From: Deltaproteobacteria bacterium
GTDB taxonomy: Bacteria; Myxococcota_A; Polyangia; Polyangiales; Houyiibacteriaceae
NCBI GenBank assembly: GCA_034670305.1
Contig: JAXMNT010000005.1
Location: forward strand, 32,001-96,000
Length of the DNA stretch: 64,000 bases
Reading direction: 5' to 3'
Part shown: positions 1-9,100 of the stretch, one piece after another
Layout of the letters: each line of letters opens with the position of its first letter
How positions within the stretch are numbered: the stretch's first letter is position 1
Translations under genes and position numbers: made by a program
Notes under the pieces: generated by a model
Seen by the model: the letters and a program-made list of their open reading frames with translations, nothing else
The model's database searches: none
What the model was told of the DNA's origin: nothing

Positions 1-1541
1 TCCGCGACGCGGTCGTGGCGCTTCGCGTATGCGAGCGCGAGCTCGAGCGGTACGCAGTTGCCGGGCAGGATCTCGATGGCGCCTTCGATGTGTTCGACCG
101 CGCGTGAGTCCCAGCCTCGGTTGAGCAAGAGCTGCGCGAGGGTCAGCCGGAAGAGCGCGATCTCGGGGAACGTCTCGATGTCGCGGCGCAGGTTCTCCAT
201 CGCCGGCTGGTCGCGGCCTTCGGCGGCTTGCAGCTGGGCGAGGGTGAGACGCGCGTACCAGGCCTTGTCGTCCTTCTCCCGCACGTGGCGGAGCAACATG
301 CGCGCGTGGTCCCGGCGCATGTCGCCGGTGATGCCCGGATCGGCGAGCGCGACGGCGGCCTTCAAGGTGCCGGTCACGGTGTTGCGGCCGCCGAGCTGGC
401 GCAGGGCTTCGCGCGCACCAACGGCGTCGCCACGCGAAAAGCGCAGCGTGCCGCGCAGGAAGACGTTCCAGGCGTCGTCGCCTTCGGGTTCGTAGTTCGC
501 GAAGCCCGCGCCCGGGAGGATCGAGACCATCAGGATCGGGTTCGGGTGGCGGGTGGTGACCTTGACCTGCACTTCGTGCCGGCCCGCTTCGAGCCGGGCG
601 CGGTGGAAAGTCACGCGGCGCAGCGGTTCGCGGCGGTGGTCGAGGCGGGTGATGCGCTCGCCATCGATCTTCACCTCGACCGAGTTCGGTGTCTCGAGCC
701 GGAGCGTGTACTCACCGGTCTGCGCGATGTCGACGAAGGTCTCCGCGTAGGTCGTGCCCGAAAGCGGCAGCGGTCCCTGCCCGAGATGGAGTGCGCAGCC
801 GCGGGTCCCGTAGGTGCGGGTCGGGCGTTCGCCTCGGCCGATGCCGAGGTCGTACGACGCGGCCATCGGTCCCACCGCGTCCGCGGCGTGCGTGTCGTCG
901 AAGCTCAGCAGATCGCGCGGGCCGAAGGGACCCGCGACCGACCACTCGGGCGCACAACCGGACTGCAGCGCGAGCTCGGCGACCTTGGCCGCGTCGCCGG
1001 CGCGGTAGGCGAGCTCCACCTGCACGTCGGTGATGGTCTGGCGCGCGCCGATCGGAAGGTGCGGGGCGAGCTCCGCGAGCTCGGACGCGGCGACGTCGGC
1101 GAAGTTCGGCGCGAGCTGCGCGAGCTCTTCGACGCCGGCCGCGGCGATCTCCGCGACGACTTCATCGCCATCGCTGCGCAGGTTCTTCAACGTGTCGAGG
1201 AACGCACGCAGCGCACGCGCCGGCTCGCCGTGACTGTGGGCCTGCAGCGCGACCATCAGGTGCACGCTCGCGCTTCGAGGCGCGAGTGCGAGTGCGCGTT
1301 CGATCGCCGCTTGCTGCCGCTCGGGATCGCCGTCGTCGCGGGTCAGTTCACCCGCGGCCAGATCGAACGCGGCGCTGGGGTCGGTGGGGTTGTCGGCCGC
1401 CGCGCGCCGGAGGTCTTCGATGGTCAGTTCGTCCGCGGTCGTCTCGCCGCGCCGCGGGCATCCGACCATGGCGAGACAGAGCAAGAGCACGCCGAGTCGG
1501 GACAGCGCGGACAGGGTCAAGGAGCGGGGCATGGAGGACAT
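1..1541 (-). CDS. N-terminal part of a large TPR-containing lipoprotein, probable paralog/partner of the adjacent DUF3857-transglutaminase protein (runs off window)
   Basis: Not in ORF track. Manual translation from ATG 1541 gives MSSMPRSLTLSALSRLGVLLLCLAMVGC (lipobox-like). The frame is open to the window edge, contains WSVAGPFG (compare WQVIGPFD in the neighbour) and helical TPR-like segments. Confidence 0.75.
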   Translation of the reverse strand, partial: MSSMPRSLTLSALSRLGVLLLCLAMVGCPRRGETTADELTIEDLRRAAADNPTDPSAAFDLAAGELTRDDGDPERQQAAIERALALAPRSASVHLMVALQAHSHGEPARALRAFLDTLKNLRSDGDEVVAEIAAAGVEELAQLAPNFADVAASELAELAPHLPIGARQTITDVQVELAYRAGDAAKVAELALQSGCAPEWSVAGPFGPRDLLSFDDTHAADAVGPMAASYDLGIGRGERPTRTYGTRGCALHLGQGPLPLSGTTYAETFVDIAQTGEYTLRLETPNSVEVKIDGERITRLDHRREPLRRVTFHRARLEAGRHEVQVKVTTRHPNPILMVSILPGAGFANYEPEGDDAWNVFLRGTLRFSRGDAVGAREALRQLGGRNTVTGTLKAAVALADPGITGDMRRDHARMLLRHVREKDDKAWYARLTLAQLQAAEGRDQPAMENLRRDIETFPEIALFRLTLAQLLLNRGWDSRAVEHIEGAIEILPGNCVPLELALAYAKRHDRVA

Positions 1542-1621
1542 GGATCGGCCGTGCGAAGGAGAGAGGACCTGCGACGAAGGGTGCAGAACGGGGGGCGTCG
1601 AAGACGAAGCGGAGAACGACA

Positions 1622-4600
1622 TCAGCGGCCTCCTTCGAGGATCAGGCGCTGTTGGAGAATGCGGTCGGCGGCCTGCACCCAGGCGCGGAACGCCGGGTAC
1701 TCCTCGGGGGTGACGCGGTCGCGCCGTATCTCGAGTTCGGTGCGGGTCTGCACCTGGCGCGCGGTGGCTTCGACGGTGACGCGCAACCGGCCGAACGGAC
1801 TCTCCGCTTCGCCGCCTTCGGGCGACTGCGAGGCACGCATGCCGTTCGGCATGTGGATCACGCGCTCTTCGATGTAGGAAGACGGGCTGCCGAGATCGAG
1901 CGGGTACCGCCGGGTCTGGGTGCGCGCGAAGCTGCTCGTCAGATCGCCGAGCACGGAGGTCGGCGCGCGGAGCTGCTCGCCGTCGCGTTGCGCGAGCTGC
2001 GGCGCTTCGGCGGTGTACTCGTAGCGCACGTTGCCTTCGAGGGTGTCGAGCCCGGTGAAGCGCTGCGACTGCAGGCTCAACCCGGGAAAGAGATGGCGCA
2101 GGCTGCGCTCGAGCCGCTCCTGCCGGGTGCCTTCGGCCTGGTACTGGCTGCGGTACGCCGGCGCTTGCCCGCCGGTGACGGTGTCGTTGCCACGAAGGGT
2201 CGCGGAGCCATCGCGGGCGAGGCGCACGTCGAGGTTGCGCTCGCGCTGGTTCTGGGCCGGCGGCAACACCGGGGTGCGGCGAAGCTCCGAACCGGTCGGC
2301 CAGACGTGCAGCACGGTGACGCCCTGGTCCATGTCGGGCAGCTCCGTGATGCCGCTGTGCTCCGCGGTGCCGTCGATGTAGAGGTCGAGCTCCGGCACGT
2401 ACGCGATCGCGTGATCGAACACCGCGAGGCTGGCGGGCAGGTCGCGGATCTGACCGTTGCGCCGAGTGCGGGTCAGGATGATGTGCGCGTTGATGCCCGC
2501 GTGGGTGAACATCGCGTAGAGCAGCGACGCCTTGTCTTTGCAGTCGCCGAAGCCGCGCCGAACGATCTGCGTGACTCGGTACGGCTTGTAGCCGTGGATG
2601 CCGAACTCGAGCCCGACGTAGCGGGTGTTCTGCACGACCCAGTCGTGGATCGCGACGACCTTGTCGCGCAGGTTGGTCTTGCCAGCGACGAGCTCGTCGA
2701 CCGTGCGTCGGAGCGACTCGTCGGTCTGAAGCTGGTCTTGGATGAGGCCCCAGTACCAGCGCCCGACGTCCTCCCAGGTGCCGTACGTAGAGACGTGCAG
2801 GTAGGGCGCGATCTCGGTGAAGCCGGGCATGCCGGGCTCGCTGCGAATCGCCGGCACGTCGTCCGCCCAGTAGCGGTAGATGCGGTTGTCGCCGTCGACC
2901 GTCGCGGTGTGCTGCAGGCCTTCGAGTTGCGGTTCGTTGAAGAAGAACTCCCGCGAGGCCGGCGTGATGAGCACGTACTCCTCGTGTTTCACCGGCTGCA
3001 TCGACTGCAGGAAGGTGAGGTCGCCGTAGTAGTCGGCGAAGAGGTTGCGGTGCGCGACGTCGTCGATGCGCCAGCGCAGTTCGACCACATCGCCCGGCTG
3101 GAGATCCGGGAACACGACGACCAGCGCGCGGGTGTCGTAGTAGATCCGGTACCAGGGTTCGCCGAGCTGCTGCTCAAAGTACTGGGTGGCTTCGAGGCGG
3201 GTTCCGTCGCGGCGGTAGACCCGCGCGAGACGCACGTCGATGCGCTGCGAGGTGGGGTCGAACTGCATCGAGTAGGTGCGCATCTGGCGCGCGCCTTCGT
3301 CGTCGTGGACCTGCACTGCGATCTGCCGAAAGCTCGAGCCGAGCCCGTTGTCGTAGACGGTGTTGACGGTGAGATCCTGCAGGGTGGTGAGCGGGAACCC
3401 GCCCGCCTCGCCGCGGCGCGCAAGCAGCGCGTCTCCGTCTGCTGCGAGCGCTTCGTCGCGGCGCTCCTGCGGTTCGATCTGTTCGAGCAGCTCGCGGGTC
3501 CCGGCATCCTGAGGACGCAAGACCAGCGCAGCACGCAGCGCTTGAATGGCCGCGTCGCTCTGCTGCATGCGCAGGAGGAGCTGCGCGTGGGCGACCAGGG
3601 TGCCGGCTTCTTCGGGCGCGAGCCGGCGCGCCTGGGCGAAGACTTCGATCGCGTCGCCGGTGCGGCCGATCGCTTCGTAGATCGCCGCCACGTAAGTGAG
3701 GTTCGGCAGCACCGCCGGCGCGTTCTGACGGATCGCTTCGAGCTGCGCGACGACGGCCGGCATGTCGCGGCGGCGCACCCCGTCGGCGACCAGCACGCGA
3801 CGGCTCGCGCGGTCGTTCCACTGCTGGGCCACCGCGCGGGTGCGGAGCTCGACGGCGGCATCCGGGTTGTTGGCCGCGGCCAAGTACTCGGCGCGCAGGC
3901 GCAACCAGCCCGCCGCGTTCGGGGCGTGTCGTCCCGCGTCTTCGACCACCCGGCGCGCAGCCTGGGGCAGATCCATCTCCTGAAGGATGCGGGCCCGCAG
4001 CACCGCGGCCTGCATGCCCATCGTGCCGCTCTGCGCGATCGGTTCGATCCGGTCGAGCACGGGCAAAGCGTCTTCGCCGTGCAGTCCCGCCGCCACGAGC
4101 TGCGCGTGCAGCAGGTGCGCCTCGGGGGCGTTCGGGTAGCGCTCGAGCGCCTGGGCGGCGAAGCGCATCCGATCGCCGCGCTGCTCTTGCAGTCGCGACG
4201 CGAAGAGGAGGTGGTCGAGCTGCGGATCCGCCTCGGCCGCGCGGGCGGCGAGTTGGCGGGCGGGGAACTCGGCCGGATCGTCGCTGCCGCTCCACTGCAG
4301 GTAGCGGGCGAGGTCGTAGAGGTCGCGGCCGCTGGCGCGCTCGGCGTCCGCGGCCGACTGAAGGGTCTCGAAGATGGTCGGGCGGGCGCGCGGCAAGCGT
4401 GCGCCGTGGCCGGCACCCGCCGCCTCCGCGATGGTCGCGCCGACATGGGTGACCCCGCGCGGGGCGCGGCCGTTCGGATCGGTCACGCGGAGGTAGAAGC
4501 CCCAGGTCGACTCGGTGACGCAGGTCTTCACGAGGAGGCGGTTGACGCCGGCGTGCGCGCCGACGAGCGCGCGCGAGCGGTCCGGATCCGGTTCGCGGTA

Positions 4601-5335
4601 GACGTTGTCCGAGTGGACCTTCTCGCCGTTCCACCACACCGAGATGGCGCCGCCCCCACCGAGCGAGAGCGCGAGTGCTTGGCTGCGTTCGGACACGATG
4701 GTGGTCTGGGCGTAGCCGCAGACGTTGGCGTAGGGACGGAAGAGCGCGTCGAAGTCGACGTAGCCCACCCGCGTGATGTCCGGGTACGGGCGCCACTGCA
4801 CCTCGCGCTCTTTGCCTTGGTAGCGCACGTCGGTGTCGAACGCGGCCATGCGGTGTTCTTCCGGTCCGTCCTCGCGCTCGAAGCCCTGTTTGCCTTCGTT
4901 GTCGAACGGACCGATGACCTGCCAGTCCGTCACGTAGCCGAGGTCGCGGGTGATCTCGACGGCCTGCTCCAGGTGGCCTCGTCGGATCTCCGCGCGCGCG
5001 AGCAGCGAGCGGGCGTAGTCGCGCCGCTCTTGGGGCACGCGCCGGTTGTCCACGATGCCTTGCAGGAGCTCCAAGGTGACCGCCGGGTCGACCTGGTCCC
5101 ATGCGTTCCAGAGCTCGAGGAGCGGCAAGATGCCCCGGGCGCCGCGTTCCGTCGTGGCCTCGCGGGCGAGCGTGCGCTGCGCGGCGTCGAACGGCGTGCT
5201 GAAGGTGCGGACCGGGGTCGCCGCGACCGCGGCTGGACGAGCGGTCCGAGCCTGGGCAGCGCGGGGCTGGGCGGCACAGAGCGTTGGCACCGCGAAGGCC
5301 AGGAGCAACGAGAGAGGGACGGAGCGAACGGTCAA
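1622..5335 (-). CDS. Secreted TPR + DUF3857 + transglutaminase-like domain protein
   Basis: Signal peptide; TPR-like repeats; DUF3857-type VVVFPDLQPGDVVE; transglutaminase-like Cys-His-Asp motifs GDCKDKA, FDHAIAY, IDGT. Confidence 0.9.
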   Translation of the reverse strand: MTVRSVPLSLLLAFAVPTLCAAQPRAAQARTARPAAVAATPVRTFSTPFDAAQRTLAREATTERGARGILPLLELWNAWDQVDPAVTLELLQGIVDNRRVPQERRDYARSLLARAEIRRGHLEQAVEITRDLGYVTDWQVIGPFDNEGKQGFEREDGPEEHRMAAFDTDVRYQGKEREVQWRPYPDITRVGYVDFDALFRPYANVCGYAQTTIVSERSQALALSLGGGGAISVWWNGEKVHSDNVYREPDPDRSRALVGAHAGVNRLLVKTCVTESTWGFYLRVTDPNGRAPRGVTHVGATIAEAAGAGHGARLPRARPTIFETLQSAADAERASGRDLYDLARYLQWSGSDDPAEFPARQLAARAAEADPQLDHLLFASRLQEQRGDRMRFAAQALERYPNAPEAHLLHAQLVAAGLHGEDALPVLDRIEPIAQSGTMGMQAAVLRARILQEMDLPQAARRVVEDAGRHAPNAAGWLRLRAEYLAAANNPDAAVELRTRAVAQQWNDRASRRVLVADGVRRRDMPAVVAQLEAIRQNAPAVLPNLTYVAAIYEAIGRTGDAIEVFAQARRLAPEEAGTLVAHAQLLLRMQQSDAAIQALRAALVLRPQDAGTRELLEQIEPQERRDEALAADGDALLARRGEAGGFPLTTLQDLTVNTVYDNGLGSSFRQIAVQVHDDEGARQMRTYSMQFDPTSQRIDVRLARVYRRDGTRLEATQYFEQQLGEPWYRIYYDTRALVVVFPDLQPGDVVELRWRIDDVAHRNLFADYYGDLTFLQSMQPVKHEEYVLITPASREFFFNEPQLEGLQHTATVDGDNRIYRYWADDVPAIRSEPGMPGFTEIAPYLHVSTYGTWEDVGRWYWGLIQDQLQTDESLRRTVDELVAGKTNLRDKVVAIHDWVVQNTRYVGLEFGIHGYKPYRVTQIVRRGFGDCKDKASLLYAMFTHAGINAHIILTRTRRNGQIRDLPASLAVFDHAIAYVPELDLYIDGTAEHSGITELPDMDQGVTVLHVWPTGSELRRTPVLPPAQNQRERNLDVRLARDGSATLRGNDTVTGGQAPAYRSQYQAEGTRQERLERSLRHLFPGLSLQSQRFTGLDTLEGNVRYEYTAEAPQLAQRDGEQLRAPTSVLGDLTSSFARTQTRRYPLDLGSPSSYIEERVIHMPNGMRASQSPEGGEAESPFGRLRVTVEATARQVQTRTELEIRRDRVTPEEYPAFRAWVQAADRILQQRLILEGGR

Positions 5336-5475
5336 GGGAACCTCGGAAGGGGAGCGGGCGGATGAACGTGGAGCCCTAATACGACCGCAGCCAGCCGTAA
5401 ACGTTTGTTTGCGGCCGCAGTCGAGCCCAGCCGTTCCAGTGCCGACACGCCAAAGGGGTCAGATGTTCCGGAGGA

Positions 5476-5845
5476 CCCCAAACCCGACAACCCCAAACCC
5501 TTGCCCGTGCCCGTGCCCGTGCCCTTGCCCTGGATTGTCCCGAAGCCGAAGCCGACGCCGAGGTCCGCCGGCGTAGCTGGTGCTGGTGCTGGTGCTGGTG
5601 CTGGTGCTGGTGCTGCTGCTGGTGCTGGTGCTGCGGCTGGGTCTGGTGCTGCGGCTGGGTCTGGTGCTGACGCTGGTGCTGTTCACCCGAAGCCGACCCC
5701 GAAGCCGCTGCCGAAGCCGACCCCGAAGCCGACGCCGAAGCCGAAGCCGCTGCCGAAGCCGACCCCGAAGCCGCTGCCGAAGCCGACGCCGAAGCCCGAA
5801 GCCGATGGCGACGGCGACTGCCGACACCGAACCCGACGCCAAGCG
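5476..5845 (-). repeat. Composite intergenic hexamer-repeat tract: (NTCGGC)n, (ACCAGC)n, (GGGCAM)n read on minus strand
   Basis: Directly visible on + strand: gccgaa/gccgac runs ~5690-5840, gctggt runs ~5576-5680, cccttg/cccgtg run 5498-5530. Confidence 0.9.
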
Positions 5846-5863
5846 TTTGCGTCGTCGGTGGGT

Positions 5864-6859
5864 CTATCCGAGGTGGGTGGGGCGGGGCCAGACGCACTGC
5901 GGCGGGAGGGGGCGGAGGGTCCACTGGGCGGAGGCGCCTTGGGCGAGCAGCGCCATGGTCAGCGTCACGAGCTCGCGGCGGCCGGCGGTGGGTTCTCCGA
6001 GCTTGGCCACCACTCCGTTCACTGCGTGGAAGACGTCGTTCTGAGCGTTCTTCGGCAAATCGACGAACATCATCAGCTGGTCTTCGAAGTGACAGAAGAA
6101 GACGAAGCGGTCGCGGGGGTGACACAGCGGGAGGTAGGCCCGGACCGCGTTGATCTCGACGGGGCTCGGCGGCCGGTCGAGCGGTACGACGCGCGCGGCG
6201 GCGGAGACCACCGCAGCCAGCCCGGCCGGATCGTTCTGGTCGTCGAGCAGGTACGCACCGGCGATGAGGAAAGCGAACGCGTGCTGCCGGGTCCAGCCGT
6301 CAGAGAATCGGTGGAACCGACCGAGGAACGAGATGCGCTGAATGGTGTCCCCGAGGTTGCCCGGCTGGAGCAGGGCCTCGAGCATCGCCGGGTTCTTCGC
6401 GCGCATCATGTCCTGCTGGCCCAGCTCCACGTTGCCATCGCCCGAGTCGACCCCCATCTGGCCCTGCGCGCTCCTCCAGACGTGGTGGAGCGTACGGCTT
6501 AGGTCGATCGTCGGTGTGGAGCCGAGCGCGCGGATCCGGATGGCGGCGCCGAGCGCCCACCGCAGGGTCTCGCGGTCGCGGGCCACGAGCAGCCGACTGC
6601 CGTGACGGAGCAGTTCCGCGCCGAACGCGTCTGGGTCGGGCGCGCGCGCCAGGAACTGCTGCACGACGGGCTCGGCCGCCGCGAGCAGGGTCTCGGCCGG
6701 TGCTTCGCAATAACAGGGCACGTACTTTCGCAGCTCGAAGAGGATGCGATCGCGCTGGTCCCCGGTGAGGGGCGCGCCGTCCGCACGGCCGGTCAGCGTC
6801 ATGAGCACCGCGGCGGACCGAAGCGCGGACCACTCACCACCCGCCGGAAGATTCGTCAT
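5864..6859 (-). CDS. Hypothetical protein, possible N-terminal TerB-like helical domain
   Basis: ATG 6859 (MTNLPAGG), protein-like composition. [21 protein letters not shown] weakly resembles the TerB A.ADG.....E motif. Confidence 0.6.
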   Translation of the reverse strand: MTNLPAGGEWSALRSAAVLMTLTGRADGAPLTGDQRDRILFELRKYVPCYCEAPAETLLAAAEPVVQQFLARAPDPDAFGAELLRHGSRLLVARDRETLRWALGAAIRIRALGSTPTIDLSRTLHHVWRSAQGQMGVDSGDGNVELGQQDMMRAKNPAMLEALLQPGNLGDTIQRISFLGRFHRFSDGWTRQHAFAFLIAGAYLLDDQNDPAGLAAVVSAAARVVPLDRPPSPVEINAVRAYLPLCHPRDRFVFFCHFEDQLMMFVDLPKNAQNDVFHAVNGVVAKLGEPTAGRRELVTLTMALLAQGASAQWTLRPLPPQCVWPRPTHLG

Positions 6860-6959
6860 CGGGGGAGCGTGCCGTCGGCGCGTGTGCGTTGCAAATGGCG
6901 CGACGGGCTCCTTGGTCCGTGCACCCGAAGGGCGACTCATGGAACTCGAAGGGACACGG

Positions 6960-7142
6960 ACTCGATGTGCGGGCGGCGCTATTGCTGCCGAAGAGGAACT
7001 CCCGCATCACGCCGCCGCTGCTGCCGGACTGCAGCGCGGCCGTCGCACCACTCGTGTTGTGAAAGGTCCCGTCGCGCCACTGCGGCGAAGCCTGGACCCG
7101 CTCGCGCCTCAGCCCGCGGAACCAATGGGCGACTGGGGTCAT
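6960..7142 (-). pseudogene. Truncated N-terminal remnant of a RomA-like MBL-fold hydrolase
   Basis: GLRRERVQASPQWRDGTFHNT...MREFLFG resembles the N-terminus of RomA-like MBL hydrolases. No HxHxDH follows, and the ORF runs into unrelated sequence. It is divergent from a TetR gene. Confidence 0.5.
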
Positions 7143-7183
7143 GGTCTGGGCAACCTGGTCATGGCTGCGCGACTCTGGTCACA

Positions 7184-7219
7184 GTAGACAACATGGGTCC
7201 AATCTGTCTACCTTGTCAA
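7184..7219. promoter_or_regulatory. Putative TetR operator overlapping a minus-strand sigma70-like promoter
   Basis: Inverted repeat GTAGACA-N14-TGTCTAC (7184-7211) between divergent genes; TTGACA on minus strand at 7219-7214. Confidence 0.55.
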
Positions 7220-7247
7220 CCACCGGGCGAAGGGCTAGCGTGGCGGC

Positions 7248-7844
7248 GTGGCGAAGGCATCTCCGATCTCTGTAGACGACGCGCGGACGACGCAGATCCT
7301 GGACGCCGCAGTCGAGGTGTTCCTGCGGTTCGGGTTCCGCAAGACCTCGATGGCGGAGGTCGCGCGGGCGGCGGACCTGTCGCGGCAGGGGCTCTACCTT
7401 CACTACCCAGCCAAGGACGATCTCTTCTGCGCCGCGATCGCACATGTGCTCGCGACGTCGCTGGCCGAGGCCACCACGCTGCTCGAGGACGCATCGCTGG
7501 GGCTCGAAGCGCGGCTGTGCGCTGGCATCGATGCGTGGCTTGGGCGCTACGTGGGCGTCTTTGGAACGGACACGTCGGATCTCGGGTCTGCGGTCGAACG
7601 GCTCGCCGCCGACGAGGTCGCCAAGCACGTCGCGGCGTTCCGGAACCGGGTGGGCAAGGTCGTGCGCGGTTCGGGGCTGGCCAAGGCGTACCGGCCGGCC
7701 AAGCTCACCGCGAAACAGCTCACCGGCGCGCTGTGCGACACCGCCGCGGGCCTCAAACTCAAGTGCGCCACCCGCGACGAGTTCCGCACCCGGCTCAACG
7801 CGGTCGTGCGCGCCTGGTGCCTCCCACTCCGGGAGACGCGATGA
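7248..7844 (+). CDS. TetR/AcrR family transcriptional regulator
   Basis: HTH motif ILDAAVEVFLRFGFRKTSMAEVARAADLSRQGLYLHYPAKDDL. Confidence 0.93.
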   Translation: MAKASPISVDDARTTQILDAAVEVFLRFGFRKTSMAEVARAADLSRQGLYLHYPAKDDLFCAAIAHVLATSLAEATTLLEDASLGLEARLCAGIDAWLGRYVGVFGTDTSDLGSAVERLAADEVAKHVAAFRNRVGKVVRGSGLAKAYRPAKLTAKQLTGALCDTAAGLKLKCATRDEFRTRLNAVVRAWCLPLRETR

Positions 7845-8881
7845 GCCCTGAAGACGAAGCGGCAGCGGAAGCGGAAGCGGAAGCAGAAGCGGTGGCGGAA
7901 GCGGCAGCGGAAGCGGAAGCGGCAGCGGCAGCGGCAGCGGAAGCGGTGGCGGGAGCGGGAGCGGGAGCGGGAGCGGAAGCGGAAGCCGATGCCGAATCCG
8001 AAGCCGAATCCGAAGCCGAATCCGAAGCCGACGCCGACGCCGACGCCGACGCCGATGCCGAAGCCGAAGCCGATGCCGAATCCGAAGCCGATGCCGATGC
8101 CGAATCCGAAGCCGAAGCCGAAGCCGGAGCCGAAGCCGAATCCGACGCCGAGGCCGAGCCCGATGCCGAAGCCGACGGCGAAACCGAATCGGTCGGAGCC
8201 GACGCGCCGCCCGGGGTTCGGAAGAAGCCTTGGGGGCCCAAGGCGGCGCTGGTGCTCACCGTTGTGGCGGGGCTGGTGACGGCGCACCAGTTCGGGGTGT
8301 TCGAGGCGTTCGCGGAGCCGGCCGAGCTGCGGGACTGGCTTGTGGCTCAGGGCGGCTGGGGGCAGCTGGCGTTCGTGGTCGCGTACATGCTCTTTCAGCC
8401 CTTTGGGGTGCCCGGCACGCTCTTCCTTTTGGTCGCACCGATGATCTGGCCGTGGCCGGAAGCGTTCGCGCTCACGATGGCGGGCACGATGGCCGCGAGC
8501 ATCGTCGGGTTCTCGTTTGCGAGGTTCGTGGCGCGGGACTGGGTGACGCCGAGGATCCCGGCGAAGTTCCGGAAGTACGACGAGGCGCTCGCACGCCGGG
8601 GATTCGTCACCGTGACCGCGCTGCGGTTCGTCCTGTGGATGCCGCCGCTTCTGCACGCGTTTTTCGGCGTGTCGCGGGTGGGTTTTTGGACCCACTTCTG
8701 GGGGTCGCTCGTGGGCTACGCGCTGCCGCTCCTCGGCATGGCGTATTTCGGCGAGGGACTCTTCGAGTGGCTGGCGGAGATCCCGGCGGTGGCGTGGGTG
8801 GCGATCAGCGTCGCGACCGTGCTGGTGGTGGGTTCTGCGTTCGTGTGGCGCGTTCGCCGGCGCCGCGCCGCCTCGAGCTGA
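7841..8881 (+). CDS. TVP38/TMEM64 (DedA/VTT superfamily) membrane protein with a long Ala/Glu/Asp N-terminal tract
   Basis: ATG overlaps the TetR stop (ATGA); TM helices; [20 protein letters not shown] motifs. The true start is uncertain. Confidence 0.8.
   Translation: MSPEDEAAAEAEAEAEAVAEAAAEAEAAAAAAAEAVAGAGAGAGAEAEADAESEAESEAESEADADADADADAEAEADAESEADADAESEAEAEAGAEAESDAEAEPDAEADGETESVGADAPPGVRKKPWGPKAALVLTVVAGLVTAHQFGVFEAFAEPAELRDWLVAQGGWGQLAFVVAYMLFQPFGVPGTLFLLVAPMIWPWPEAFALTMAGTMAASIVGFSFARFVARDWVTPRIPAKFRKYDEALARRGFVTVTALRFVLWMPPLLHAFFGVSRVGFWTHFWGSLVGYALPLLGMAYFGEGLFEWLAEIPAVAWVAISVATVLVVGSAFVWRVRRRRAASS
7858..8200 (+). repeat. In-frame hexamer repeat tract (GCGGAA/GCCGAN)n encoding poly-Ala-Glu/Asp
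   Basis: Directly visible tandem gcggaa/gcggca followed by gccgaa/gccgat/gccgac. Confidence 0.9.
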
Positions 8882-9100
8882 CGTCCCCAGTGGAGGACGT
8901 AGCTGCGGACCAGACGCGCGGCGGTGTTTCGCACGCATGGGACGCAACCCGGCACCGATGCGGCCGACAAGCACCGCCGGTCCCCTGTTTGGGGGATGTG
9001 AACCAGGCCGATGCGCACCCACGGTGCGGTGGGCTGCCTTGCCGGGTCTCTTGGGACACGGCAGATTCGCGCCACTTGAACTGGGTGCGGGGAGTGTCGA

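Noticed and set aside
1286-5365. Long shadow ORFs (e.g. 1286-5365 +, 7547-10849 -, 31016-34579 +, 40281-43553 -, 57287-59980 +)
   Set aside because: They are antisense or off-frame to motif-bearing genes and Arg/Ala/Gly-biased, as expected from stop-codon scarcity at high GC
5376-6502. ORFs translating the repeat tracts (PKPKP, GFGFG, ASASA peptides; also 14010-14801, 32907-33812)
   Set aside because: Hexamer repeats lack stops in most frames, and nothing else supports coding
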